From Betaproteobacteria bacterium (GTDB lineage: Bacteria > Pseudomonadota > Gammaproteobacteria > Burkholderiales > Usitatibacteraceae), in assembly GCA_025362705.1 (NCBI GenBank), contig JANYFH010000073.1:1-43569 (forward strand): a stretch of 43,569 bases of DNA, read 5' to 3'. Positions 10,598-20,691 of the stretch are shown here, one piece after another (position 1 is the first letter of the stretch; each line of letters starts with the position of its first letter). The notes beneath the pieces were generated by a model, which was not told the origin of the DNA, did not search any database, and worked only from the letters and a program-made list of their open reading frames with translations. The translations under genes and the position numbers were made by a program.

Positions 10598-11962
10598 ATG
10601 TGGATCCTCACCACCATCGCCGCTTTTGCCGTAGCCATCGGCACCCTTGTGACCATCCATGAGCTTGGTCATTACTGGGTCGCGCGCTGGTGCGATGTGA
10701 AAATTCTGCGTTTTTCGATTGGCTTTGGTCGCCCGCTGTGGTTGCGCAAGGCGGGCCCTGATCAAACCGAATGGGTGATCGGCGCACTGCCACTTGGTGG
10801 CTATGTGAAGATGGCCGATGAACGCGATGGCAGCGCGGAAGCACCGGACAGGGCGCGTGCGTTCAACAATAAAACGGTCTGGCAGCGCATTCTGATTGTG
10901 CTTGCTGGGCCACTCGCCAATTTCATTCTCGCGGCATTCCTGTATTGGGCGCTGTTCGTTTCCGGCGCACCCGGCACCAGGCCATACATCGCCGCACCTG
11001 CTGCCAATTCCGCTGCTGCCGCAGGCGGATTTGCGGAATTCGATCTGATCACCCAAGTTGGTGATGCGCCAGTCCGGACGTGGGGTGACGCGCGGTTCCA
11101 GTTGTTGGAGGCGGCGGTCAAACGAGGCAACGTCGAGATTGAAGTTGAAGATGCAGGTGGACAGCGCTGTTTTAAGAGCCTCAACCTGGAAGCAGTTGGC
11201 AAGGATGACCTCGACAAGGATTTCCTGGCCAAGGTTGGGATGTCCCCGTATCGCATGAAAGTTCTGCCGGTCCTTGATGAGGTCATTCCAGATAGTGCTG
11301 CAGACCGAGCGGGATTGCGCACTGGTGATCGCGTGCTGCAGGTGCAGGGAGCACCCATTGATCGATGGGAGACATTGGTGGCGCGCGTTTCAACGCGACC
11401 GGGCGAGCGAATAGAACTTGACATCGAGCGAGGCGGGGCACAAATGCGCTTAATCGTGATTCCCGAATCCGTTACAGAAAATGGCAAGACTTTCGGTCGC
11501 ATCGGCGTGAAGCCGAAGGTTGATCGAAAGGTCCTCGAAACACTTAACACTGTGGTGCGCTACGGTCCGGTTGAGGCAATCCCGCGCGCCTGGGCCAAAG
11601 TCTGGGACATGTCGATGTTCAGTCTCAAAATGATGGGCAGGATGATCACCGGCGACATTTCGTGGAAAAACCTTTCCGGTCCTATCACGATCGCCGATTA
11701 TGCTGGCCAATCAGCGCAATTGGGCTGGATAACGTATGTTACGTTTCTGGCACTGATCAGCATCAGCCTCGGCGTGCTGAATCTGTTGCCCATTCCGGTC
11801 TTGGATGGGGGACAGTTGATGTATTATATCGCCGAGATTCTCAAGGGCAGTCCCGTCTCCGAAAAAGTGATGGAAATCGGCCAACAGGTCGGCCTCACTC
11901 TGTTGCTCGGCCTAACGGCTTTTGCCTTCTACAACGACATACACCGCCTCGTCACCGGCTAA
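10598..11962 (+). CDS. rseP: RIP metalloprotease RseP (site-2 protease)
   Basis: An HELGHYWVAR zinc motif at the N-terminus, PDZ-like middle region and C-terminal NLLPIPVLDGG motif. ATG 10598 is preferred. Confidence 0.95.
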   Translation: MWILTTIAAFAVAIGTLVTIHELGHYWVARWCDVKILRFSIGFGRPLWLRKAGPDQTEWVIGALPLGGYVKMADERDGSAEAPDRARAFNNKTVWQRILIVLAGPLANFILAAFLYWALFVSGAPGTRPYIAAPAANSAAAAGGFAEFDLITQVGDAPVRTWGDARFQLLEAAVKRGNVEIEVEDAGGQRCFKSLNLEAVGKDDLDKDFLAKVGMSPYRMKVLPVLDEVIPDSAADRAGLRTGDRVLQVQGAPIDRWETLVARVSTRPGERIELDIERGGAQMRLIVIPESVTENGKTFGRIGVKPKVDRKVLETLNTVVRYGPVEAIPRAWAKVWDMSMFSLKMMGRMITGDISWKNLSGPITIADYAGQSAQLGWITYVTFLALISISLGVLNLLPIPVLDGGQLMYYIAEILKGSPVSEKVMEIGQQVGLTLLLGLTAFAFYNDIHRLVTG

Positions 11963-11968
11963 TAATTG

Positions 11969-14272
11969 ATGCGCTTCAACAATACCTCCAAATTGCTTTC
12001 GGCTCTTCTTGCCGCTTTATTTTCCGCCGCTGCACTCGCGATCCAACCGTTCGTAATCAAAGACATTCGTGTCGAGGGTGCGCAACGCACCGAAGCCGGC
12101 ACGGTGTTCAGCTATCTACCGGTCAAGGTCGGTGAGAGCATGGATGACGACAAGGCTGCAGCAGCGATCAAGGCGCTGTACGCGACCGGCTTTTATTCCG
12201 ACGTGCGCCTTGAAGTGGAAAACGACGTGCTCATCGTTTTTTTGGTGGAACGCCCGGCAATTTCGCAGATCGACATTAACGGTGCCAAGGAATTCACCAA
12301 GGAGAACCTGAAAGACGGTTTGAAATCGGCCGGAATATCCGAAGCGAAAATTTTTGATCGTTCAATTCTGGACCGCGCCGAAAAAGAGATCAAACGCCAG
12401 TACACCAGCCGCGGCTTTTATTCAGCAAAAGTAACGACGACGGTGACGCCGATTGAGCGCAACCGCATTTCATTGACATTCACCATCGAGGAAGGCGAAG
12501 TTTCAAAGATTGTCGATATCAACATTATCGGCGCGTCCGCATTTTCCGAATCAACCTTGCTTAAGGAGTTTGAACTCACCACTGGCGGCTGGTTTACCTG
12601 GTTTACAAAAGATGACCAGTACTCCAAGCAGAAGTTGTCGGGCGACCTCGAAAAACTAAAGTCCTATTATCTGAATCGCGGCTATCTGGAGTTCAACATT
12701 GAATCGACGCAGGTATCGATTACACCGGATAAAGAGAAAATTTACATCACCGTTAATATTACCGAGGGCCCGGTTTATAAAGTTACTGACATCAAGTTTC
12801 AGGGCGAGTTGAAAATTTCCGAAGAAGAAATGCGCTCGCTGTTGTTATTCAAGTCTGGCGAGACATTCTCGCGCCAGAAAATTGTCGATTCGGTCAAGCG
12901 CATCAGTGATCGCCTTGGTAATGACGGCTACTCGTTCGCCAATATCAATCCGGTGCCAGAACCGGATCGGGCCAGCAAGACGGCGTCGTTTACGATGTTT
13001 GTCGATCCCGGCCGCCGCGTCCATATTCGCCGCATAAACGTGCAAGGTAACTCGCGTACGCGCGACGAAGTGATTCGTCGCGAAATGCGCCAGTTGGAGT
13101 CGGCATGGTATTCGAATGAGAAAATTGCACGCTCAAAAGAAAGGCTGGAGCGCACCAGCTTTTTTGAAGATATCACCGTGGACACACCTTCCGTTCCGGG
13201 TTCCAACGATCAGGTAGATTTGAATGTGACCGTCAAGGAGCGCAATACAGGTAGTTTGCAATTTGGCGTTGGTTATTCAAGTGCGGAAAAATTGACAATA
13301 AGCGCCTCGGTCTCACAGGCGAACATTTTCGGTAGTGGTAACCAACTTTCGTTTCGCGTCAATAACAGCACCATCAGCAAAGCCTATGAGGTCTCTTACC
13401 TGAACCCTTACTGGACGGTCGATGGTATCGCCAGAGGGTTTGACGTTTACCAGCGTGATCTCAATACCTCCACTCTGACAACGGGATCATATAACTCGAC
13501 GTCCACAGGTGTGGGAGCGCGATTTGGGGTGCCCGTCACCGAATACGATGGCGTAAATTTTGGCCTTGGTGCGGAACGCACCAAGCTGGGACTGGATGCA
13601 GCCAGCCCGCAGCGCTATATCGATTACGTCAACACGTTCGGAAGCAAGAGCGACACGTTGCGCGGATCGCTCGGATTTTCTCGTGATACGCGTGACAGCA
13701 TCTACTTTCCGAGAAGCGGATACCTGATCGAAATAGGTGGCGAGATGGGCTTGCCCGGGGGCGACGTGAAATTTTATCGCCTGCAGACGAAAGCACAATA
13801 TCTTCGTCCAATCTGGGGGCCGATCGTTCTTAACGTCAATGCCGAATTTGGCTATGCGAACGGCTATGGGGGCAAACCTCTGCCTTTTTTCAAGAATTTT
13901 TATGCCGGTGGCGTCGATTCGGTGCGCGGTTATCAGCAAAGTACGTTGGGGCCACTGGACATCAATAATCAGGCGCTGGGTGGTAACCAGCGCTTCGTTG
14001 CCAATGCAGAATTCCTCTTTCCACTGCCAGGCACCAAGTCCGACAAATCGGTGCGTCTTTCGGTTTTTGCAGATGCGGGTAATATCTTCGGTGTGGATTT
14101 CCGTGGAAACCGGCAAAAATTCTATATAAACGATATGAAAACATCGGTTGGCGTTGCGGTAAGCTGGTTCTCACCGGTCGGCCCGTTGAAATTCAGCTTG
14201 GCAAAACCGCTGAACGTGAGGCCGGGGGATCAGATCGAACGATTCCAGTTCTTGCTTGGGCGAGTATTCTGA
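11969..14272 (+). CDS. bamA: Outer membrane protein assembly factor BamA
   Basis: 767 aa. Signal peptide ending AAALA, POTRA-like repeats, and a C-terminal beta-barrel ending QFLLGRVF. It follows rseP as in the conserved cluster. Confidence 0.96.
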   Translation: MRFNNTSKLLSALLAALFSAAALAIQPFVIKDIRVEGAQRTEAGTVFSYLPVKVGESMDDDKAAAAIKALYATGFYSDVRLEVENDVLIVFLVERPAISQIDINGAKEFTKENLKDGLKSAGISEAKIFDRSILDRAEKEIKRQYTSRGFYSAKVTTTVTPIERNRISLTFTIEEGEVSKIVDINIIGASAFSESTLLKEFELTTGGWFTWFTKDDQYSKQKLSGDLEKLKSYYLNRGYLEFNIESTQVSITPDKEKIYITVNITEGPVYKVTDIKFQGELKISEEEMRSLLLFKSGETFSRQKIVDSVKRISDRLGNDGYSFANINPVPEPDRASKTASFTMFVDPGRRVHIRRINVQGNSRTRDEVIRREMRQLESAWYSNEKIARSKERLERTSFFEDITVDTPSVPGSNDQVDLNVTVKERNTGSLQFGVGYSSAEKLTISASVSQANIFGSGNQLSFRVNNSTISKAYEVSYLNPYWTVDGIARGFDVYQRDLNTSTLTTGSYNSTSTGVGARFGVPVTEYDGVNFGLGAERTKLGLDAASPQRYIDYVNTFGSKSDTLRGSLGFSRDTRDSIYFPRSGYLIEIGGEMGLPGGDVKFYRLQTKAQYLRPIWGPIVLNVNAEFGYANGYGGKPLPFFKNFYAGGVDSVRGYQQSTLGPLDINNQALGGNQRFVANAEFLFPLPGTKSDKSVRLSVFADAGNIFGVDFRGNRQKFYINDMKTSVGVAVSWFSPVGPLKFSLAKPLNVRPGDQIERFQFLLGRVF

Positions 14273-14310
14273 TGCAATTTTCGATGCGATTTTTCAAAGA
14301 AGGTCGAGAT

Positions 14311-14811
14311 ATGGCTAATTCCCTGCGCCTGATGGTCGTCTGTCTCACGCTCGTGACTTCCATGTGTGCCATGGCTGTCGAGACGAAGGTAGGCTTTGTC
14401 AATCGCGAGCGGATACTCCGTGAGGCCGCGCCTGCGAAACGGGCGCAGGTCAAGCTCGAGAAGGAATTTGCGAACCGTCAGACGGAATTGAACAAGATGG
14501 AAAAACAGGGGCGCGACCTTGAGGCGACGTTACAAAAGGAAGCCGTGACCTTGCCGGAAGCCGAGCGTGTTGCCAAGGAACGACAGCTCGCGCAACTTAC
14601 TCGCGATTTTCAGCGCATGCAAAGAGAGTTTCGCGAGGACCTGAGCTTGCGTCAGAGCGAGGAATTGTCGTCACTACAAGAAAGAGCCAACAAAGTGATA
14701 AACGAAATCGCGGAAAAGGAAAAATTCGATTTGATTCTGCACGAGGCAACCTTCGCGAGTCCAAGAATCGATATTACGGACAAAGTTATCAAGGCGCTCG
14801 CTGATAAATGA
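14311..14811 (+). CDS. skp: Periplasmic chaperone Skp/OmpH
   Basis: Signal peptide MANSLRLMVVCLTLVTSMCAMA, then a coiled-coil Lys/Glu/Gln-rich sequence. Position between bamA and lpxD. ATG 14311 with upstream GAAGG. Confidence 0.9.
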   Translation: MANSLRLMVVCLTLVTSMCAMAVETKVGFVNRERILREAAPAKRAQVKLEKEFANRQTELNKMEKQGRDLEATLQKEAVTLPEAERVAKERQLAQLTRDFQRMQREFREDLSLRQSEELSSLQERANKVINEIAEKEKFDLILHEATFASPRIDITDKVIKALADK

Positions 14812-15034
14812 CCTTTACTTCGCGATTGTTGAATCTTTGCGAAATATACGAATCCAAAAAAGCCTATGGAATTGAAACCATTTGTTTCAGCATCATTCGC
14901 CGCAAAGACTGGCGGCATTTTGATGTGGTAGATTGAAATAGTGTTGTGCGAGTCGCACGATGCCGAGTGAGCCAAACGAGATGTTTGGCGGGAAACAAAG
15001 ATTACTTACTGTTTTTTTACTTTTCGAGATAACT

Positions 15035-16348
15035 ATGAACAAGCGCTTTCTGCTTCAATTGGCCGCGATTTTTTCGGCAATGGCACTACTGACGTCCTGC
15101 GGAAAGAACGCCAGTCCGAGCTCCGATGCGACCATGCGGGTAATCAATTTCGGGGTCGACTATGGCGCCGTCAATGTTGCGTTCGATGATGTTAGCGGTT
15201 CCACCACCACCACCACTGGTTTTGCGTCCAATGTGGCTCGTGAGAGTGCCAGCGGCTATGCCAATGTGCATAGTGGAACCCGCAGCTTCACCGTTTCCAG
15301 CGTATCGGGAGGTGGTTCACTACTTGTGCAGTCGCTGTCGCCAGCAGTGGCTGGCAAGTACACGATGATCACTTACGGTGTCTCGAGTTCGCCGCGTGCG
15401 ATGATATTGCAGGAAGATACCTTCACGCAGCCTGCGGCTGGCTTCTTCCGTTTTCGCGTGGCTGTGCCCGCGATTGGTTTGGATGCACTCGACCTTTATC
15501 TGACGGCACCCGGCGTGGATCTGTCGACCACTAGCCCATCATTTGCAGCGCTTGGAAATGGTGTCTCTTCAGCAACAGCCGACTTCGCAGTTGGGACCTA
15601 CCAGTTGCGTGCGACCGTTGCAGGCACAAAAACTGTTGTTTTCGACGGTGGCACGATGGCCTTTGTCAGTCTTGATCGTATTACGCTGGCCATTTACACC
15701 ATTGGCAGCAACAAGCTCGCCAATGCGGCCGTGCTGAAAGTCGATGATCCCGGCACGTTTACGCTGGTTCGCAACACGCTTGGACGCTACCGCTTCTTTC
15801 AGGGTAACCCAGGCTATTCATTGGTAAATGTCCTGTTCAATGGCGTGGTTGGATTGTCCAACGTTCCATTTACAGGTGCATCCGGATACGTCGGTTCAAC
15901 GACGGCCGCCCGTACATTAACAATCAGTCCCTCGGCAACACCAGGGACGAATGTTATCAGTCAGTCTCTTTCGCTTACGCCCGCGCAAGATTCAACTATC
16001 ATGCTCGCGGGCAGTCTTGGAAATTCGGTCGCCGTGGTTCTTCCGGATACGACCCTGCCTTCGGCGATTGGCAAGGCGCGCGTTCGCTTTGTTAACGGAA
16101 GCATCGGTGGCGGCCAGTTCGATGTATTCGTGAATTTCCAATCGACGATTTCCGGCTTGACCGAACGATCTGCCTCCTCATATTTCGATTTCGACGCAAA
16201 TATCTATGCATTTGCAGTGAATTCAGCTGGTACGGGCACGCAGGTACTGAATCTCCCCAATATCACACTTGAAGCCAACAAGGTGTATTCGATCTTCCTG
16301 GTAGGGCCGACCAACGCGCTGCAGGGTGTAGTGATTCAGGATAACTGA
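15035..16348 (+). CDS. Lipoprotein with repeated DUF4397-like modules
   Basis: MNKRFLLQLAAIFSAMALLTSCGK carries a lipobox (LLTSC). There are four recurring segments of the type hydrophobic-R-hydrophobic-x-N/F...VNV/LDLY/VNVLF/FDVFVN (MRVINFGVDYGAVNVAFDD, FRFRVAVPAIGLDALDLYLT, RYRFFQGNPGYSLVNVLFNG, RVRFVNGSIGGGQFDVFVNF). I associate these with DUF4397 from memory. Confidence 0.65.
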   Translation: MNKRFLLQLAAIFSAMALLTSCGKNASPSSDATMRVINFGVDYGAVNVAFDDVSGSTTTTTGFASNVARESASGYANVHSGTRSFTVSSVSGGGSLLVQSLSPAVAGKYTMITYGVSSSPRAMILQEDTFTQPAAGFFRFRVAVPAIGLDALDLYLTAPGVDLSTTSPSFAALGNGVSSATADFAVGTYQLRATVAGTKTVVFDGGTMAFVSLDRITLAIYTIGSNKLANAAVLKVDDPGTFTLVRNTLGRYRFFQGNPGYSLVNVLFNGVVGLSNVPFTGASGYVGSTTAARTLTISPSATPGTNVISQSLSLTPAQDSTIMLAGSLGNSVAVVLPDTTLPSAIGKARVRFVNGSIGGGQFDVFVNFQSTISGLTERSASSYFDFDANIYAFAVNSAGTGTQVLNLPNITLEANKVYSIFLVGPTNALQGVVIQDN

Positions 16349-16375
16349 TCAGTTTTTGGTGCGTTTCAAACGAAA

Positions 16376-16400
16376 GGGTCGCCTGCGGGCGACCCTTTTT
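16376..16400 (+). terminator. Rho-independent terminator after the DUF4397-like gene
   Basis: GGGTCGCC (16376-16383) / GGCGACCC (16388-16395), a 4-nt loop, then TTTTTGTT. Confidence 0.85.
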
Positions 16401-16474
16401 GTTAAATGCGGGGTGACTGCCTAGTGGCGGGCTGTTCACGCCCGCATTGAGGATTCTCGTGAGAAAATGTCGAG

Positions 16475-17500
16475 ATGAAATTGCAAGACATTCAGCAAAA
16501 GCTCGGCGGTGAACGCATAGGCGAAGTTGCGAGCCAACTGGCGGGTGTTGGCACGATCGAAAGTGCCGATGAGACGCAGATTACATTTCTGGCCAATCCA
16601 AAATACCGGTCGGCGCTTGGACGCACTGCAGCCGGCGCAGTCATCGTGGGGCCCGAAGATCGCGATATCACCTCAAAGCCGCGTATCGTCGCTGCCAATC
16701 CCTACGTCTATTTCGCGCGGGTCGCACAGTTGTTTAGTCCACCAGCATCGCATGCCGGCGGTATCCACCCCAGCGCTGTTGTGCATGCGGGCGCTGTGAT
16801 AGCGGCAAGTGCGGCCATCGGTGAATTTGTCTCCGTTGGGTTCAATGCCATCATTGGCGAGCGCGTGCAGATTGGCGCGGGATCAATCATTGGCGAAAAT
16901 GTGAGTGTCGGTGCCGACAGTGTGATCGCTCCACGTGTGACGATCTATCCCAATTGCAGCCTCGGCTTGCGCGGCATTATTCATTCGGGGGCAGTAATAG
17001 GTGCTGACGGCTTTGGCTTTGCACCGGATTTTCAGGGTGACCACGGAAGCTGGATCAAGATTCCACAGACCGGGCGTGTGATCATCGGTGACGATTGCGA
17101 GATCGGTGCCAATACGACCATTGACCGCGGCGCCATTGAAGATACGATTATCGGCAATGATGTGAAGCTGGATAACCAGATTCAGGTGGGCCACAACTGT
17201 TTTATCGGGGATCACACCGTGATCGCCGGCTGCGTCGGCATCGCTGGCAGCACCAGAATCGGCAGGCACGTAATGGTCGGCGGTGCCGCGGGATTTGCAG
17301 GGCATCTGGAAGTGTGTGATGGTGCGGTCATTTCTGCGATGACACTGATAACAAAATCGATTACCGAGCCCGGCATGGTGACTGCAGTGATGCCACAAAT
17401 GAAACACGCAGACTGGCTGAAAAACATCGCGCATTTGCGCCAGTTCGACAAGCTGGCTAATGAGGTCAAAGAGATCAGGAAAAAAGGGGATGCATCGTGA
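16475..17500 (+). CDS. lpxD: UDP-3-O-(3-hydroxyacyl)glucosamine N-acyltransferase
   Basis: 341 aa, with a left-handed beta-helix hexapeptide repeat region and a typical LpxD N-terminal domain. Followed by fabZ-lpxA. Confidence 0.95.
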   Translation: MKLQDIQQKLGGERIGEVASQLAGVGTIESADETQITFLANPKYRSALGRTAAGAVIVGPEDRDITSKPRIVAANPYVYFARVAQLFSPPASHAGGIHPSAVVHAGAVIAASAAIGEFVSVGFNAIIGERVQIGAGSIIGENVSVGADSVIAPRVTIYPNCSLGLRGIIHSGAVIGADGFGFAPDFQGDHGSWIKIPQTGRVIIGDDCEIGANTTIDRGAIEDTIIGNDVKLDNQIQVGHNCFIGDHTVIAGCVGIAGSTRIGRHVMVGGAAGFAGHLEVCDGAVISAMTLITKSITEPGMVTAVMPQMKHADWLKNIAHLRQFDKLANEVKEIRKKGDAS

Positions 17501-17955
17501 CCACAAAAAGCGTGATGGAAATTGCCGAAATCAAAGAGTACCTGCCGCACCGGTACCCCTTTCTGCTGGTTGACCGCGTGCTGGAACTTGAGCCGGACAG
17601 GCGCATCGTCGCGATCAAGAATGTCACCATCAACGAGCCGTTTTTTCAGGGGCATTTTCCGCATTACCCGGTGATGCCGGGCGTGTTGATTGTCGAAGCA
17701 ATGGCGCAGGCGGCCGCACTCCTGTCGTTCAAAAGCAAGGGCGACAAGCGCGACGAAAACATGGTCGTATATCTTGTTGGCGTCGATGGCGCACGTTTCA
17801 AGCGCCCCATCGTTCCCGGCGACACCCTGATTCTAGAGGCGGAAAAAATGCTGGAAAAACGCGGCTTGATCAAATATGCCGTCCGCGCCAAGGTCGACGA
17901 TCAACTCGCCTGCGAAGCCGAGCTGTTGTGCACCCAGCGTTTGATTACCAAATAA
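17497..17955 (+). CDS. fabZ: 3-hydroxyacyl-ACP dehydratase FabZ
   Basis: [13 protein letters not shown] and [26 protein letters not shown] motifs. The GTG at 17497 overlaps the lpxD stop (GTGA), with AAGGGGA 6 nt upstream. An alternative ATG lies at 17515. Confidence 0.95.
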   Translation: MTTKSVMEIAEIKEYLPHRYPFLLVDRVLELEPDRRIVAIKNVTINEPFFQGHFPHYPVMPGVLIVEAMAQAAALLSFKSKGDKRDENMVVYLVGVDGARFKRPIVPGDTLILEAEKMLEKRGLIKYAVRAKVDDQLACEAELLCTQRLITK

Positions 17956-17963
17956 TAGCGCCA

Positions 17964-18737
17964 ATGAGCATACACGCCACTGCCATCGTTGACCCGCGCG
18001 CCAAACTTGGTGCGGGTGTTAGCGTCGGTGCGTATACAGTCATTGATGGCGACGTTGAAATTAATGATGGCACCAGTATCGGCCACCACTGCGTAATCAC
18101 GGGCAAGACAAAAATCGGTCGCGACAATCGCATTTTTCATTTTGTGTCGCTCGGTGAGGCCAACCAGGATAAAAAATATGCCGGCGAGCCGACGCGGCTG
18201 GAAATCGGCGACCGCAACACCATTCGCGAATACTGTAGTTTCAATCGCGGAACGGTTCAGGATCGCGGCGTTACGACTATCGGCAGTGACAACTGGCTGA
18301 TGGCCTATGTGCATATTGCACATGACTGTGTCGTGGGCGACAAAACTACTATCGCAAATTGCACGCAGCTGGCAGGCCATGTTCACGTTGGCGACTGGGT
18401 AACACTTGGCGGATTTACCGGCGTACACCAGTTTGTGAAAATTGGCGCGCACGTGATGTGCGGTGTGTCGAGCGTGGTGTTGATGGATTTGCCACCGTAC
18501 GTGACCTTCGGGGGTAACCCGCTCGCGGCGGTTGGCATCAACGCCGAAGGGTTGAAGCGGCGCGATTTTTCGCCAGAACAAATTTCCAATATCAAGAGTG
18601 CGTACAAGACCCTGTATCGCGCTGGGCTCACGTTTGCAGATGCAAAAGCGCGACTCGCAGCAGAGGCAAACGCAAAACCTGAGTTGAAACTGCTGGCCGA
18701 TTTCCTTGCCGGATCCACACGCGGCATCGTCCGATAG
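17964..18737 (+). CDS. lpxA: Acyl-ACP--UDP-N-acetylglucosamine O-acyltransferase
   Basis: MSIHATAIVDPRAKLG start, hexapeptide repeats, and an LpxA-typical C-terminal helical region. ATG 17964 lies after the fabZ stop. Confidence 0.95.
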   Translation: MSIHATAIVDPRAKLGAGVSVGAYTVIDGDVEINDGTSIGHHCVITGKTKIGRDNRIFHFVSLGEANQDKKYAGEPTRLEIGDRNTIREYCSFNRGTVQDRGVTTIGSDNWLMAYVHIAHDCVVGDKTTIANCTQLAGHVHVGDWVTLGGFTGVHQFVKIGAHVMCGVSSVVLMDLPPYVTFGGNPLAAVGINAEGLKRRDFSPEQISNIKSAYKTLYRAGLTFADAKARLAAEANAKPELKLLADFLAGSTRGIVR

Positions 18738-18753
18738 GGTGGAAGATAGCTTC

Positions 18754-19950
18754 ATGAAAATTGGTATCGTAGCCGGTGAAGCGTCCGGCGACCTTCTGGG
18801 CGCGTTGTTGATCAAGGCATTGAAGTCGGAGCATCCCGATCTGGAGTTTGTCGGTATCGCGGGACCGAAGATGCAGTCTGCGGGCGCGACATCGTGGTAC
18901 GCGATGGAAAGGCTCGCGGTACGCGGCTATGTTGAAGTGCTAAAAAGTTTTCGTGAAATTCTCGCTATTCGCCGTGGCTTGCGCGATCGTATGCTCAAAG
19001 AGCGCCCGGCACTTTTTATCGGAATCGACGCACCGGATTTCAATCTGGCACTCGAAAAAAGACTCAAGCGCGCCGGCATTCCGACGATTCACTATGTGAG
19101 TCCATCGATCTGGGCGTGGCGCGGCGAGCGAATCCACAAGATCAAGGAATCCGTCAGTCACATGCTGACGGTGTTTCCGTTTGAGCCGGCGATCTATGAA
19201 AAAGCCGGTATACCGGCGACCTTTGTCGGACATCCCAGCGCCGACGTCATTCCGCAGACTCCACAGCGCGACAATGCGCGCGAGCAATTGCGGATCAAGC
19301 CCGGCGAATTGATCGTTGCGTTGTTGCCTGGCAGTCGCCAGACTGAACTCGATTACCACGCTGAGTTGTTCATCGAAACCGCAAAATCCCTGCTCATGGA
19401 TTTTCCGACTGCGCGTTTTCTGGTGCCGCTGGCGACGCGCGAAACCCGCGAGCAATTCGATCAGGCGCGCTGGAAATTGCAGGCACAGGATTTGCCCATG
19501 CAGATCTTGTTTGGTCATGCCAATCTTGCCCTTGCTGCCGCCGATGTCGCGCTGGTTGCGAGCGGCACCGCAACACTTGAGGCCGCACTATTGCGTTGCC
19601 CGCACGTGATTGCTTATCGCATGTCGTCAACTACCTATCGACTGATGAAACGAAAAGCCTATTTGCCATACGTTGGGCTACCGAATATCCTCGCCAGCGA
19701 GTGGCTGGTGCCCGAGTTGCTCCAGGATGACGCGACGCCGGAAAATCTCGCGCGCGCAATGGGTAACTGGATTCGCCATCCTGACGCAGCCGCTGCATTG
19801 CGCGCGCGATTTGCAGAAATTCACGCACAACTGGCGGTCAATAACCCTGATCGTGTCCGCGAAGCACTGCGACCGTATCTTGCCGGGCGCGCAAGCTTGC
19901 GCACATCGCAACCGTCACCAGCGTCAGAGTCTGTTGCGGTTGCGCGATAG
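18754..19950 (+). CDS. lpxB: Lipid-A-disaccharide synthase
   Basis: [17 protein letters not shown] is the canonical LpxB N-terminus. ATG 18754. It has a C-terminal Ser/Pro/Ala tail. Confidence 0.94.
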   Translation: MKIGIVAGEASGDLLGALLIKALKSEHPDLEFVGIAGPKMQSAGATSWYAMERLAVRGYVEVLKSFREILAIRRGLRDRMLKERPALFIGIDAPDFNLALEKRLKRAGIPTIHYVSPSIWAWRGERIHKIKESVSHMLTVFPFEPAIYEKAGIPATFVGHPSADVIPQTPQRDNAREQLRIKPGELIVALLPGSRQTELDYHAELFIETAKSLLMDFPTARFLVPLATRETREQFDQARWKLQAQDLPMQILFGHANLALAAADVALVASGTATLEAALLRCPHVIAYRMSSTTYRLMKRKAYLPYVGLPNILASEWLVPELLQDDATPENLARAMGNWIRHPDAAAALRARFAEIHAQLAVNNPDRVREALRPYLAGRASLRTSQPSPASESVAVAR

Positions 19951-20570
19951 TGGGTAGTCATTCGTCGCCGATGAATACGCATCTGCACATTTGCGGCGTT
20001 GATGAGGCCGGACGTGGCCCACTGGCAGGTGCGGTCTATGCAGCGGCAGTAATCCTAGATGCGGCTAGACCGATTCACGGCCTGGCGGATTCAAAAATGT
20101 TGTCAGAAAAAAAACGTACGGCGCTGGACATTGAAATCCGCCAGAAGGCGCTCGCTTTTTGTGTCGCGCACGCCAGCGTCGCAGAAATCGACTCGCTCAA
20201 TATTCTGCGTGCTTCGCTGTTGGCCATGAAGCGTGCTGTCGAGGGATTGCGGGTTCCGAGACCAACGCATTATGAAGTTGTGGTTGATGGCCTGCATGTC
20301 CCGAGAGTCGCGTTCGCCTGTCGCGCCGTGGTGCAGGGCGACCGTCTCATTGCGGAAATTTCAGCGGCTTCAATTCTTGCCAAGACGGCGCGCGACCGCG
20401 AGATGTGCGAACTTGACCGTCACTATCCCCAGTATGGATTCGCGCGACACAAGGGATATGGCACGCGCGTTCACCTCGAAGCGCTGATGTCGGTCGGCCC
20501 CTGCGAAATCCATCGCCAGAGTTTCGCGCCGGTGCGCGAAGCTGGGCGGCGATTATTGTTCACCGTGTGA
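19950..20570 (+). CDS. rnhB: Ribonuclease HII
   Basis: [31 protein letters not shown] and the [15 protein letters not shown] motifs. The start is GTG 19950 (overlapping the lpxB stop) or ATG 19971. Confidence 0.94.
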   Translation: MGSHSSPMNTHLHICGVDEAGRGPLAGAVYAAAVILDAARPIHGLADSKMLSEKKRTALDIEIRQKALAFCVAHASVAEIDSLNILRASLLAMKRAVEGLRVPRPTHYEVVVDGLHVPRVAFACRAVVQGDRLIAEISAASILAKTARDREMCELDRHYPQYGFARHKGYGTRVHLEALMSVGPCEIHRQSFAPVREAGRRLLFTV

Positions 20571-20691
20571 CAACCATGTTTAGTCTCATCTCGGACATTG
20601 AATGTATTTGCGCAGATCAGCCGCTGGTGGGGATTTTGGAGCATAAACGGCCTGCGAGCAGCACCAGTGCTTGTGATTTTTCTTTTTCCCC

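Noticed and set aside
10328-11550. 242-aa and 249-aa minus-strand ORFs
   Set aside because: They are antisense to dxr and rseP, and their Arg/Ser/Ala/Pro-rich compositions are typical of shadows.
17901-18815. 304-aa minus-strand ORF
   Set aside because: It is antisense to lpxA. It has no motifs, and lpxA is secure.
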